Assembly: GCA_037439525.1 (NCBI GenBank)
Contig: JBBIVW010000005.1
Span: 7,007 to 71,006, forward strand
DNA length: 64,000 nt
DNA from: Anaerolineae bacterium
Lineage (GTDB): Bacteria > Chloroflexota > Anaerolineae > Anaerolineales > UBA4823
Reading direction: 5' to 3'
Shown: piece after piece, positions 52,903 through 62,438 of the stretch
How positions within the stretch are numbered: position 1 is the first letter of the stretch
How the letters are laid out: each line of letters opens with the position of its first letter
Position numbers and translations under genes: made by a program
Notes under the pieces: model-generated
What the model saw: only the letters and a program-made list of their open reading frames with translations
Database searches by the model: none
Told to the model about the DNA's origin: nothing

Positions 52903-55465
52903 GGGACGAAGACTGATCGATCAGACATTCCAGAATCGCCAGCGTCTCCTGTTTCGAGCCCATACCTCCTTCGCCTCCTGGGCCGCTGCAGGAAGGGCAG
53001 CCATCCTCGCAGGCGCAATACCGAATCAACTCTCGGGCAGCCTCCAGGATGCGACTGTGTTCTGCGTATAGCCGTCTTGCCAATCCAATGCCGGCAGGAA
53101 GACGATCATAGAGCACGACAACCGCTCTGCCCTCGGCGAGAGGTGCGTGGGGGTCAGCATGGGTGGCTAAATCTTGCACATCGCATAAGATAAAGAGCGG
53201 GGCAAGGTGGTGAAGCAAGTATGCCAGCCCAGACAATCCGCTACGCACGCGCACGGCAAGCTCTGCTTTCTGGTGGCAGGCTGGGCATAGGGTTACTAGA
53301 TTCTCCAAAGCGTTCGCCTGGATATAAGAAGAGAAAGCGCGAAAGGGAATCAAATGATGCACATCGTGCTGACGGGAACTCTCGGGCGCGTTGCAGTGGC
53401 GACAGCGAAATCCGTCTCGCTGGCGCGCCGCCTGGCGTTGTTGAGGCCAATTTGGTCCATAATCGTTGGGATCGTTGTTCCACAACCCTGCCAAACGCAG
53501 TTGCTCCACCGTGGCTTCCTCCAATGCCAGCCAGTAGGCCGTGGTGATTAAATCTACGGGAGGCAAATCGAGGGCTTCTGTGCCCAAGATTTCATGGGTG
53601 AAGAAACGCACTTTACGAAAGCCTGACCATTGCGTGGTGACTTTGATCTCGCCGTAGTGCCTGGTTGCCCCGGTAACCTTAGAACGCTCGAATTCGCTCA
53701 AGCGCTGAATTTGGGTCTCCTGCATCGCTTCGGTGAAGTAATCGCTTTGCACAGGGTGCAATCGGGCGAGGTGATTTTCGAGGTCTAATGCATCCACGAA
53801 GTACGTCTGTCCTTGATGGAGGTAAATTGCCTTTGGATGCACCATCCAATAGGCACTAAGGTAATCCACCTGTCCGATCGTTTCCCAACCTTGAGGAGAT
53901 TGTGCCTGAAGGAGTACAGGGGAAGCAGGCAGACTGCGCAGAGAAATCCCTTCCGCAGGATATTGTTCCGCCATCCAAAAATAGCGACCGTTCGAGGCGT
54001 GCAGCCACCCCTGCGCCTGCAAATGATGTAGATATTCTTGCAAGTCGCCTGCAGAGAGATTGCCGTAGCCTTCGTTTTCATCAAAGGGCAATTCGAACGC
54101 GGCGCATTGGAGATGCGCCAGCAGGATCAAGGGGTTGTTGGGGTCGATCAAGGCGTGCTCAGCAGAGGTATCGAACAGGTATTCGGGGTGTCTCACCAGA
54201 TACTGATCCAGTGGGGAAGCAGAGGCGATCAATACAGCAAGTGAATCTGCTTGCGTCCTTCCGGCGCGACCCGCCTGTTGAAGCGTCGCTGCAATGCTGC
54301 CGGGATAGCCTACCAGTAGCGAGGCGCTCATCTGGCCAATATCGATGCCCAGCTCCAGGGCGTTGGTGGCGATCACCACGCGAATCTCCCCCGCACGTAG
54401 CCTGCGCTCAATGAGGCGCCTCTCTTGCGCCAGATAGCCGCTGCGATACCCATGGATAAGAACTTCTGGTGAAGCGCCTTTGAAATGCGCACGCAACCAT
54501 TGTGCCTCTTGCATGCGTTGCCGCAGATAGGTCAACGCCATCTCAACGGCATGCCGAGAGGGGACGAAGATGATCGATTGTAGTTGATAGGCGAGCAAAT
54601 CCTCTGCCAGACGCAGGCTTTCCTGCAAGGCGCTACGGCGGATGCCGAGCTCAGGATTTACGAATGGGGGATTGTACAGCAGGAAGGTCTGCGCGCCACG
54701 TTGAGAAGCGTCCTGCTGGATGAGCTCCACTTCATGTTCGATCAGCCATTCGGCAAGCTCCGCTGGATTGGCGATGGTTGCCGAAGTCAGGATGAATTGC
54801 GGCTGACTACCATAATGCTTGGCAACGCGTTTGAGCCGGCGGATGACATTGCTCACATGAGAGCCGAATACGCCCCGATAGACATGCATCTCATCGATCA
54901 CCACAAAGCGCAGGTTGGAGAAAAAGCGTGCCCACAGGGTATGCTGCGGCAAGATACCGAGGTGGAGCATGTCTGCATTGGTGATGAGTAAACGCACATG
55001 CTCGCGGATTGCCTTTCTATGGTGCTGTGGGGTATCTCCATCGTAAATTGCCAGTGTAGGGGCATGGCTTCTCTCATGGGGTTGGATGGCCTGGATAAAG
55101 CCTTCAAGGTGCTCCTTTTGGTCTTGAGCCAATGCTTTGGTAGGGAAAAGGAACAGGGCACAGGTGGAGCTTTGTTTGAACGCCTCATCCAACACCGGCA
55201 AGTTGTAGCACAATGTCTTCCCACTGGCAGTGGTAGTGCATACAACAAGGTGTTTTCCTGCTCGCGCTTGTGCATAAGCCTGGAATTGATGTGCATACAA
55301 TTGGCTATATCCCGAACGCGCCAGAGCTTCTTTGACTAGAGGATGGAGTTCATCGGGTAGGGGGACATAGTGCGCCTGGCGCGCGGGCAGGGTGCGGCGC
55401 ACCACCAGGTTTTTGGCAATACTTGGATCGTTGTACCAGTTCTCAAGCAGCGCGGGTACAGACAT
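52892..55465 (-). CDS. SF2 DEAD/DEAH-box helicase of the YprA/MrfA (COG1205) type with embedded HNH nuclease motif and C-terminal Cys-cluster (DUF1998-like) domain
   Basis: Walker A VVCTTTASGKTLCYNLP, DEAH-like VVIDEMH, helicase-C VIATNALELGIDIG...QQAGRAGR. The HNH-like block is FRCRHCN...HDVHHLIPF...NLVTLCPACHQKAE (nt ~53255-53415). The terminal Cys cluster is YCACEDGCPSCSG. Confidence 0.85.
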   Translation of the reverse strand: MSVPALLENWYNDPSIAKNLVVRRTLPARQAHYVPLPDELHPLVKEALARSGYSQLYAHQFQAYAQARAGKHLVVCTTTASGKTLCYNLPVLDEAFKQSSTCALFLFPTKALAQDQKEHLEGFIQAIQPHERSHAPTLAIYDGDTPQHHRKAIREHVRLLITNADMLHLGILPQHTLWARFFSNLRFVVIDEMHVYRGVFGSHVSNVIRRLKRVAKHYGSQPQFILTSATIANPAELAEWLIEHEVELIQQDASQRGAQTFLLYNPPFVNPELGIRRSALQESLRLAEDLLAYQLQSIIFVPSRHAVEMALTYLRQRMQEAQWLRAHFKGASPEVLIHGYRSGYLAQERRLIERRLRAGEIRVVIATNALELGIDIGQMSASLLVGYPGSIAATLQQAGRAGRTQADSLAVLIASASPLDQYLVRHPEYLFDTSAEHALIDPNNPLILLAHLQCAAFELPFDENEGYGNLSAGDLQEYLHHLQAQGWLHASNGRYFWMAEQYPAEGISLRSLPASPVLLQAQSPQGWETIGQVDYLSAYWMVHPKAIYLHQGQTYFVDALDLENHLARLHPVQSDYFTEAMQETQIQRLSEFERSKVTGATRHYGEIKVTTQWSGFRKVRFFTHEILGTEALDLPPVDLITTAYWLALEEATVEQLRLAGLWNNDPNDYGPNWPQQRQAARQRDGFRCRHCNAPESSRQHDVHHLIPFRAFSSYIQANALENLVTLCPACHQKAELAVRVRSGLSGLAYLLHHLAPLFILCDVQDLATHADPHAPLAEGRAVVVLYDRLPAGIGLARRLYAEHSRILEAARELIRYCACEDGCPSCSGPGGEGGMGSKQETLAILECLIDQSSSPKA

Positions 55466-55501
55466 CGTTGATCTCTCAACCGGCAGTGGATACAGGGAGG
55501 C

Positions 55502-58500
55502 TCAGGTCACCTGCACCTGTGTGGTAACGGAGTTGTTGGAGGTGTTCGGATCGCTCTCGCTGGCGTTAACTTCAACCAGGTTGGTGATCGTCCCTGGGAG
55601 TAGAGGCGTTTGTATAACAATCGAAACCTGTATGCTGCTTCCGGGGGGCAGATTTCCCAAGGTGCAGGTGATCACGCCGAGCGAGCTGGTGCAGGTAGGC
55701 GCAGAAGGGGATGAAGAGATGAAAATTACCCCAAGATCAAGCGTATCTTTGAGTTGAACATTTGTGGCGGTTGACGGACCAGTATTGGTAATGGTAATCG
55801 TATAAGTAATGGGCGTGTTGGTTGGAGCGGTCACAGGGGCGTTAACCGAGACAACCAGATCTGCCTGAGGGACGATATTGGTTGCGTCGCTGGCAGTTTT
55901 GTTGTTGGTTGATGGATCAATGGGGGATGCCAGGTACGCCGTGTTGTTGATTGTGCCACTTGCGGTGAGTTTTACCGTGGCATTGGCAGTGATGGTCGCC
56001 GTGCCTCCGGGATACAGGTTCAAGCCAATGTTGATGTTGCCGCTTTGAACGCCGGCGATGGAGCAGCTTGAGTTTGTGGAAGCGTTGCAGCTCCAAGTGA
56101 CCGATTGTAAGGCGTTCGGGAAGGAATCGGTCAGAGTCGCTCCTGAGACCGCGCTTATCCCATTGTTTGTAACCACGATGGTATAGACGAGCGTTTCGCC
56201 CGGCGCAACTGTCGTACGTCCATCGGTTTTGGTGAGGCTGAAGGAGACTTGTGGGGTAAGCGTATCCGTATCGATGGCTAAATTGTTAACGGTGTTCAAT
56301 TCCGTAATGCCGCTGGGTACATTTGCCGTAGCAGAGTTGATGAGCAAGCCTGTCGCCGTTGGGCTGATGGTTGCATTAGCCAGGAAGGTCGCGCTTCCAT
56401 TTACGGCGAGGTTCACCAACGCATTGATGGCTCCTGTGCCATTCGCTGTTTGGCAGACAGATCCGGCGGAGGCGGTGCAGGTCCAGGAGGCATTGAGTAT
56501 GGTGGTAGGAAATTGATCGATCACCTGGACGTTGTTCACCGCTGCGGGACCGTGATTGGTTACGATGATCGTATAGGATACGCTGGTGCCGGGGATGGAA
56601 TTTGTACGACCATTGTTCATGCTCACACTGATATCGACGCTGGGCGTCGTGGGTGTGGGGGTGAGTGTGGGCGTGCCAGGCGTTGGGGTGATCGAGGGGG
56701 TGCTGGTGGAGGTTTGCAAAGGCGCAGGGTCTATGCCGTCCTGTAAACCATCTCCATCTGTATCTCTGTTCAACGCGTTCAACCCTAAACGAATTTCTTC
56801 GCCATCTTTGAGGCCATCGCCATCCGAATCCGGGTTGAGCGGGTTTGTATTGTATGTGTTGACTTCTTCACCATCGTTCAGGCCGTCTTCGTCCGTGTCG
56901 GCTTTATCCGGTCGGGTCTGCAGGAGCAGCTCTTGATTGTTGTTCAAACCATCCTGATCGTCGTCCAATTGCAACCATTGGGCGGTTGCTGTGGCTGCCT
57001 GTATCGTTGCCTGATTGGCATTGACATACGCGGAAGCCGTGGCTGTTTGAGCAAACAACGTGTTATAAACTACCAGCGCGGTCGCAGTTTGCATGGCTGC
57101 ATTGGTGGCTTGCAGGTTACGATTTGGCATGGTGAGCGCCATATACAGGATGAGGCTGACACAGGAAATTACCAAGCATAGGCTCACCAGAGCGATGGGC
57201 GCCCAACTTGGGATGATGCCTCGGCTGATGTACTCCCCAAGATGGGTCTGCGCCTGACCACTTGGCGAGCGAATGGTCACTTGAAAGGAGTGGAGCATTT
57301 CCTTTCCCAACCAACGCGCTTGAAGGGGCTGGGCTTTGAATTCCGCTTTGGCAGCGTGACCCGGAGGTATGGTGACTTTTGCCTGTGGAGGGTCAAAGGC
57401 TAAGCTGTTGCTGGCATCCTCCCAGGATAAATGGTAGGTCTCTACCGCGTTTCCCTGGTTTTGGATGGTTACCTCACCCAATTGGTTCATAGACATGCGC
57501 GCAGGCTGTAAAACAGAACTGAAGAGAGAGAAAGGCGTAATCGAAAAAACCAGGCGCGCTTCGACAATTTGAGTTGCGTCGTTTCGACTCTTGATGAGAA
57601 TGGTCGCTGTGTGTCTGCCAGCCTGGCTGGAAGGTGAACGAGGTGGCGTGAGGGTGTAGGTGGCTTTGGATTGTCCCAACGCGCCGACATATACCTCTTG
57701 GGGACCTTTGATCCACTCTTCAGGAATGCCGCGAAAACGCACGCTTAGAGTGTCTGCTTGATTGCTGCGATTATATAAGTACAAGGATATAGACGCGCTT
57801 TTCCCTGGGGTGATCGATACAATGGTTGAATCCACATATAGCCCAATTTTTCCTGCTCCGGGGCTGAGACGCACCTGATGCTCATCTAACGTGGTGCCAT
57901 CTGGGCCGAGGTAGATCATCTCGGTGTCGTAAGCGCTTTTCTGGTCAAATTTATCCTTGGGAAGGGAGACTGCGATGGTGGTTTTGTCCTGCCCGGCGCG
58001 TTCCAGGCGTAGCCAGAAATTACCAATGCGCACATTTTCGCCTGCATGCCAGGGAGCAGCTTGTTCTGGTTGGAGGCGGTGCTCGTCGATGAAGGTGCCA
58101 TTCTTACTGCCCAGATCACGAATGGTATATTCCTTTGCAGTGAAATCCAAAATGGCATGATGGCGAGAAACGCTGCTGTGTTCTAACACCAGGTCATTAT
58201 CTGCATCCCTTCCAATGCGTATGGGCGTGCTTTTTATGGGTAGGCTTTTGACGCTCTGGTCGGGGTATAAAATGTGCAAGGTGTCGAGGCGTTTCATTTG
58301 AGCGGTTTCATCGAGCGAGGCTGTGTCCGCCGATGGCGCCCCCGGATGGATATCCGCTGGAGGTTGGAGGTAGTTGAGCAGGCTAAGCAGCCCAGGCTTT
58401 CCGCGCGGGGGTGCGATATCCAGCCGCACTGAGGTGAGGCTTTCGGAAAGCGCGGCGGCAAATTCATCGGCGCTTTGGAAGCGCATGGAGGGCGAGGGAG

Positions 58501-59254
58501 AAATAGCTTTATCCAGGATTTGAAGCAGGCGCGCGGGCAGGTCTGGGCGCAAACTCTGTGCCGCAGGAAGCGAAAAATGGGGTTTAACCACCTCAGAACG
58601 ATGTAAGTCGCGGGTATCATCCGGAATACCGCCAACGCATAGTTCGTAGAGAAGGATGCCTAGGGAGAACAAATCGGTGCGCATATCGGCCTGGTGCCCC
58701 ATGCGCAGTTCGGGTGCCATGTAAATCTGTGGCGTTTTCCATTGTTCTCCTCCGGCAAAGCCCAGGTTATACACTACTGGCTGATAAGGCAGGTCTTCGG
58801 CCGGTTGGTTTTTGAAGAATATATCCTCTGGGCAAAGCTGGCTGTGAATCACGCCCCTCTTATGAGCAAAAGCCAGGGCGAGGCTGATCTGGCGAACCAG
58901 GGCGATGGCTTCGATCAGATTGATCCAGGCTGAGGAGGTTTGCAGTTGGGTGAGGATGGTCTGCAGCGATGGGCTGAGGGGCAGTTCTCTGGCAATAAAG
59001 ATCGTGTTCTCTTCTATGCCGAAATCATATATGCGCGGGATGCTGGCATAGCGCCAACGTGAGCGTGTTTGGGCTATTTGGATGAAGGGGTGTTCATCTT
59101 TCTTTGGTGCGTCCGCAGGCAACGGTACAAGAAGCAATTCGACATCCAGGTCCAACTTTGCATCCCTGGCGAGATAGGTCGCCAACGGGTGATGGCGTTC
59201 CAATCGGCTCTGTACCTGGTAGCGGCTGATGTGTTGAACGATTGTTTCGGGCAT
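55502..59254 (-). CDS. Receptor-type pseudokinase: degenerate STK domain + FHA + Ig-like repeats + TM + thrombospondin type-3-like Ca-binding repeats + DUF11 repeats
   Basis: The kinase fold is recognisable (APE: YMAPE; DLFSLGILLYEL) but the catalytic residues are lost. The G-loop is ERHHPL, VAIK becomes VELL, HRDIKPGN becomes HSQLCPED, and DLG becomes NLG. FHA: IRIGRDADNDLVLEHSSVSRHHAILDF...LGSKNGTF. TM: WAPIALVSLCLVISCVSLILY. The ectodomain has DxDxDGLxDGEE repeats followed by at least 4 DUF11-type repeats (YTIIVTNHGPAAV, YTIVVTNNGISAV, YTITITNTGPSTA). Confidence 0.8.
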   Translation of the reverse strand: MPETIVQHISRYQVQSRLERHHPLATYLARDAKLDLDVELLLVPLPADAPKKDEHPFIQIAQTRSRWRYASIPRIYDFGIEENTIFIARELPLSPSLQTILTQLQTSSAWINLIEAIALVRQISLALAFAHKRGVIHSQLCPEDIFFKNQPAEDLPYQPVVYNLGFAGGEQWKTPQIYMAPELRMGHQADMRTDLFSLGILLYELCVGGIPDDTRDLHRSEVVKPHFSLPAAQSLRPDLPARLLQILDKAISPSPSMRFQSADEFAAALSESLTSVRLDIAPPRGKPGLLSLLNYLQPPADIHPGAPSADTASLDETAQMKRLDTLHILYPDQSVKSLPIKSTPIRIGRDADNDLVLEHSSVSRHHAILDFTAKEYTIRDLGSKNGTFIDEHRLQPEQAAPWHAGENVRIGNFWLRLERAGQDKTTIAVSLPKDKFDQKSAYDTEMIYLGPDGTTLDEHQVRLSPGAGKIGLYVDSTIVSITPGKSASISLYLYNRSNQADTLSVRFRGIPEEWIKGPQEVYVGALGQSKATYTLTPPRSPSSQAGRHTATILIKSRNDATQIVEARLVFSITPFSLFSSVLQPARMSMNQLGEVTIQNQGNAVETYHLSWEDASNSLAFDPPQAKVTIPPGHAAKAEFKAQPLQARWLGKEMLHSFQVTIRSPSGQAQTHLGEYISRGIIPSWAPIALVSLCLVISCVSLILYMALTMPNRNLQATNAAMQTATALVVYNTLFAQTATASAYVNANQATIQAATATAQWLQLDDDQDGLNNNQELLLQTRPDKADTDEDGLNDGEEVNTYNTNPLNPDSDGDGLKDGEEIRLGLNALNRDTDGDGLQDGIDPAPLQTSTSTPSITPTPGTPTLTPTPTTPSVDISVSMNNGRTNSIPGTSVSYTIIVTNHGPAAVNNVQVIDQFPTTILNASWTCTASAGSVCQTANGTGAINALVNLAVNGSATFLANATISPTATGLLINSATANVPSGITELNTVNNLAIDTDTLTPQVSFSLTKTDGRTTVAPGETLVYTIVVTNNGISAVSGATLTDSFPNALQSVTWSCNASTNSSCSIAGVQSGNINIGLNLYPGGTATITANATVKLTASGTINNTAYLASPIDPSTNNKTASDATNIVPQADLVVSVNAPVTAPTNTPITYTITITNTGPSTATNVQLKDTLDLGVIFISSSPSAPTCTSSLGVITCTLGNLPPGSSIQVSIVIQTPLLPGTITNLVEVNASESDPNTSNNSVTTQVQVT

Positions 59255-59296
59255 CCGTTAGCGCCTATCTGCGGGTGAAATGACCGGGCATGAAGT

Positions 59297-62275
59297 TTAT
59301 CCTGGAATGAGATATTCGATGAGATTGATGAAGATCTTTTGCCCTTTGTTCGTCATCGAAGCTGGCCGACCATCGAAGCCCCACAGGAAGAATGGTCCAA
59401 CCTGAGTGATCAATGGATAATGATTGGGCGAGGTGGTTGTGCGGGCAATGGCTTCTGTGCCCATCAGAGGTGTGGGGTAGTAAATCGCCGCGTAATTTAC
59501 ATCGCTGGTGTACAGTGAGATGATGCCGTCGCCAGGCATGGAGACATGGTTCGGCGTGTTCCAGATGGGGCTGGCGGGTTCAACGACTTGAACATCTTTC
59601 CCGCTGCCATGGGCACCCTTGGGGTAGCCGATTTGTAAGCCGAGCTTGCCGAAGTAGGCATATCCCCCTTCGCCCATACCCAGAATCGGTTTATCAAAGG
59701 AAGCGATGTGCGTCGCCATGCTCCCACCAGCGTCTCCCCAACTGTCGGCATAGCCTGTATCATAGCCGATGATGACCAGATGGTACACGCTAAAGTTTGT
59801 CGCCATGATGTTGCTCATATGCACAGTGTCCACGCGGTAGCCGTTTTCGTCCAGGAAGTTATAGAAGTTGTTCGCTGTGGCGTTATCCGATGAATACACG
59901 TAGGCAATCTTTTTCTGCGCCGCTGCGGTCAAAGTGGCTGCCATTTGGGCAGTAGCGTTGGCGGAGATGGCGTTGGCTGTGGCATTCGCTGCTACTGCGG
60001 TCGAGGTGGCATTAATGCTCGCCTGGTAGGCAGCTTGCGTTTGCGTTGCTGCCCAGAATTGTGTTGAGGCGAGATCCGGCGTTGGCGTGGATGTTTGCAA
60101 CGGTGCACCATCTGTGCCATCGGGAATGCCATCAGCATCGCTGTCCGCGTTGAGGGGATCGCTACCCGAATTGATTTCGTTCCCGTCGTTCAGGCCGTCA
60201 TGATCAGAATCGGAATCCAGGGGGTTGGTATTCAAATTGAGCTCTTTCTCATCGGATAGGCCGTCTCCATCGCTATCTGCATTGGTTGGAGAGGTGCCCA
60301 ACTCGAGCTCTTTTGCGTTGATCAGTCCATCCCCATCGCTATCGGCGTTCAACCACTCTGAGGTTGCCGTTGCCATCGCCTGGGTAGCTTGCTTTGCACT
60401 TTCCAGGGCTTTTGAGGTCGCCGTGATGACCAACTCTGTTTGCTGGGCGACGAGGGCGATTTCGGTTTTTGCGGAAGCGGTTTGGGTGGCATTGCGATTT
60501 TGCGCCAGTACGTCTCCGCCCAAGAATACGATGCCTCCCACAACCAAAGCACACAAGAGCAGGAACAATGGTGCCATCCACATGGGGATCATCCCCCGGC
60601 TGGACACCTCGCCTTGCAGGCGTTGAGGCTTGCCGCTTTCCGGTTGCACGACCATCTGGAATGGATGGGTTTTTTCTCCGCCGAATAGGGAAGAGGAGCG
60701 TGGCGAAGCGCGAAACTCGACGATCGCCGATTTTCCGGGTGGAATGGAGATGTTCAAGTTCGAAGGGCTGAAAGTTAATGCCTCGGCCGGGTCCTTCCAG
60801 GATAGATTGAATTCCTGTGTGGTATTTCCTTGGTTGACAAGCCTGGCACGACCGACTTGATTGGCTTTGATGCGCGGGGTTTCCAGAGAAGCCTGGAATT
60901 GAGCGATTGGGGAAATTGGAGAGGGAACGCGCAACGTCCCCGGAATGGGTTCTGGAGTAATTTTCAAAGTAGCTTCAGGCACCGCACCCATACCTTTGGG
61001 GATGAGTAACCGTAGCCAGGTATCGCCCACGCGGAGCGGTTGTTCCGGGCTCCAAATTTGAGAGACCCCTGGCATCAGGCGTTTATCCCCTAGGAAAGTA
61101 CCGTTTGTGCTGTTCAAGTCCAACACGCGGTATTGCTGACCGTCGAATTCGATGCGCGCGTGCTGGCGGGATACTTTTTGATCGTCAACCTGAATGTCGC
61201 AGGTTGCCTCGCGCCCGATGATCATCCCCTCCTTTTTCGCCAGGATGGTGCGCGTGGTTTTGTCTTGTGCCAGAACCTGGATGCGGTCGCGGGAGATGTC
61301 TTGTGGGGTTTCGAATTCCTCGAGAATGGAAGCGCCACGTTTCTCTACCAGGCTTTGCTGATATTGGGTGAACAAGCTGACCGTCCCTTGAAGCGTTGGT
61401 GGGGCAGAGGTGATTTTCTTGGTATCCTGGCTCACTTTCTTGAGAAATTCGGCAAACTCCGCTGCGCTCTGGAAGCGTTTGTTTGGGTCTTTTTCCATGG
61501 ATTTCAGGATGGCTTGCTCCAGAATGTCTGGCAAATCCGGTCGGGAAAGGCGTGGAGATGGCGGTGGGGTTTCCGCGTGGAATTTACGCGCTTCGAACAG
61601 ACTTGCAGCCGGGAAGGGGAGTTGACCGGTGCACAGCTCGAACAGCAGCACGCCCAGAGAGTAGACATCGCTGCGCGCGTCTGTGGTCTCTCCCTTGGTC
61701 TGCTCTGGAGACATGTACGCCGGGGTGCCCAAATATGTGCCATCTTGGGTCACCACTGCGCCACCGGCCAATTTTGCCAAGCCCAGGTCGGTGATCACCG
61801 GACGATAAGGGAGTCCATCGGAGGCTTCCGGCTCGATCATGATGTTGCCGGGTTTGATATCGCGGTGCAGCACACCCTGCCGATGAGCGTAATCCAAGGC
61901 CAGGGCAATTTGACGGATGAGCAGAACAGCTTCGTTCAGCAACATCCATTGGCCTTGTGCGCGCAGTTGTTCGAGCATTTTATCCAGGTTATCGCCAGGG
62001 ATGAATTCCATGACGATGTATAGATAACCCTGATCCTGACCGAAGTCATGCACCTGGACGATGCTGGGGTGGTCTAAGCGCGCTGCGGATCGCGCCTCTT
62101 GAAGGAAGCGCTCTTGGAAGTCACTCTGCCGCGCAAAATGAGGATATAAGACCTTGATGGCGACATCGCGTTGCAGGGTGAGATCGTGGGCTTTGAACAC
62201 CGCGCCCATACCGCCCTCACCCAATAGATTAAGGATGCGGTAGCGATTTAGCGTTTTTCCAACCAGTTCTTTCAT
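59297..62275 (-). CDS. Receptor Ser/Thr protein kinase: active Hanks kinase + FHA + Ig-like domain + TM + thrombospondin type-3-like repeats + unknown C-terminal ectodomain
   Basis: All catalytic motifs are intact: LGEGGMGAVFKA, VAIKVL, HRDIKPGNIMI, DLGLAK, GTPAYMSPEQ. FHA: IIGREATCDIQVDDQKVSRQHARIEFDG...LNSTNGTF. TM: MAPLFLLLCALVVGGIVFLGG. The ectodomain has DSDGDGL/DSDHDGL/DSDADGI repeats, an Ala/Thr/Gln-rich region and a ~230-aa domain with no motif I recognise. Confidence 0.9.
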   Translation of the reverse strand: MKELVGKTLNRYRILNLLGEGGMGAVFKAHDLTLQRDVAIKVLYPHFARQSDFQERFLQEARSAARLDHPSIVQVHDFGQDQGYLYIVMEFIPGDNLDKMLEQLRAQGQWMLLNEAVLLIRQIALALDYAHRQGVLHRDIKPGNIMIEPEASDGLPYRPVITDLGLAKLAGGAVVTQDGTYLGTPAYMSPEQTKGETTDARSDVYSLGVLLFELCTGQLPFPAASLFEARKFHAETPPPSPRLSRPDLPDILEQAILKSMEKDPNKRFQSAAEFAEFLKKVSQDTKKITSAPPTLQGTVSLFTQYQQSLVEKRGASILEEFETPQDISRDRIQVLAQDKTTRTILAKKEGMIIGREATCDIQVDDQKVSRQHARIEFDGQQYRVLDLNSTNGTFLGDKRLMPGVSQIWSPEQPLRVGDTWLRLLIPKGMGAVPEATLKITPEPIPGTLRVPSPISPIAQFQASLETPRIKANQVGRARLVNQGNTTQEFNLSWKDPAEALTFSPSNLNISIPPGKSAIVEFRASPRSSSLFGGEKTHPFQMVVQPESGKPQRLQGEVSSRGMIPMWMAPLFLLLCALVVGGIVFLGGDVLAQNRNATQTASAKTEIALVAQQTELVITATSKALESAKQATQAMATATSEWLNADSDGDGLINAKELELGTSPTNADSDGDGLSDEKELNLNTNPLDSDSDHDGLNDGNEINSGSDPLNADSDADGIPDGTDGAPLQTSTPTPDLASTQFWAATQTQAAYQASINATSTAVAANATANAISANATAQMAATLTAAAQKKIAYVYSSDNATANNFYNFLDENGYRVDTVHMSNIMATNFSVYHLVIIGYDTGYADSWGDAGGSMATHIASFDKPILGMGEGGYAYFGKLGLQIGYPKGAHGSGKDVQVVEPASPIWNTPNHVSMPGDGIISLYTSDVNYAAIYYPTPLMGTEAIARTTTSPNHYPLITQVGPFFLWGFDGRPASMTNKGQKIFINLIEYLIPG

Positions 62276-62438
62276 CTTCTCCGTCCTCCATGGCGAAGAT
62301 TAACGATCACGAGCTACCCAGAGTATAACCTAAATTGGGCATGAGTGACAAAATATATCTGTGAAGTTCACTTAGATTCAGGATGTGCTGATCATGGGCT
62401 CCTTTTCCTGGTCAGGCTGGGAGGGCGCGAGTTTGCGA

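Noticed and set aside
56730-56985. Short tandem DNA repeats (GAYGGC-type) here and at ~60105-60355, considered as possible repeat elements or a CRISPR-like array
   Set aside because: They are in frame and encode thrombospondin type-3-like DxDxDG calcium-binding repeats in the two receptor proteins. There is no spacer/repeat periodicity of a CRISPR array.
61133-62023. 296-aa + strand ORF
   Set aside because: It is antisense to the catalytic domain of the active Ser/Thr kinase, whose motifs are unambiguous. No RBS or motif supports it.
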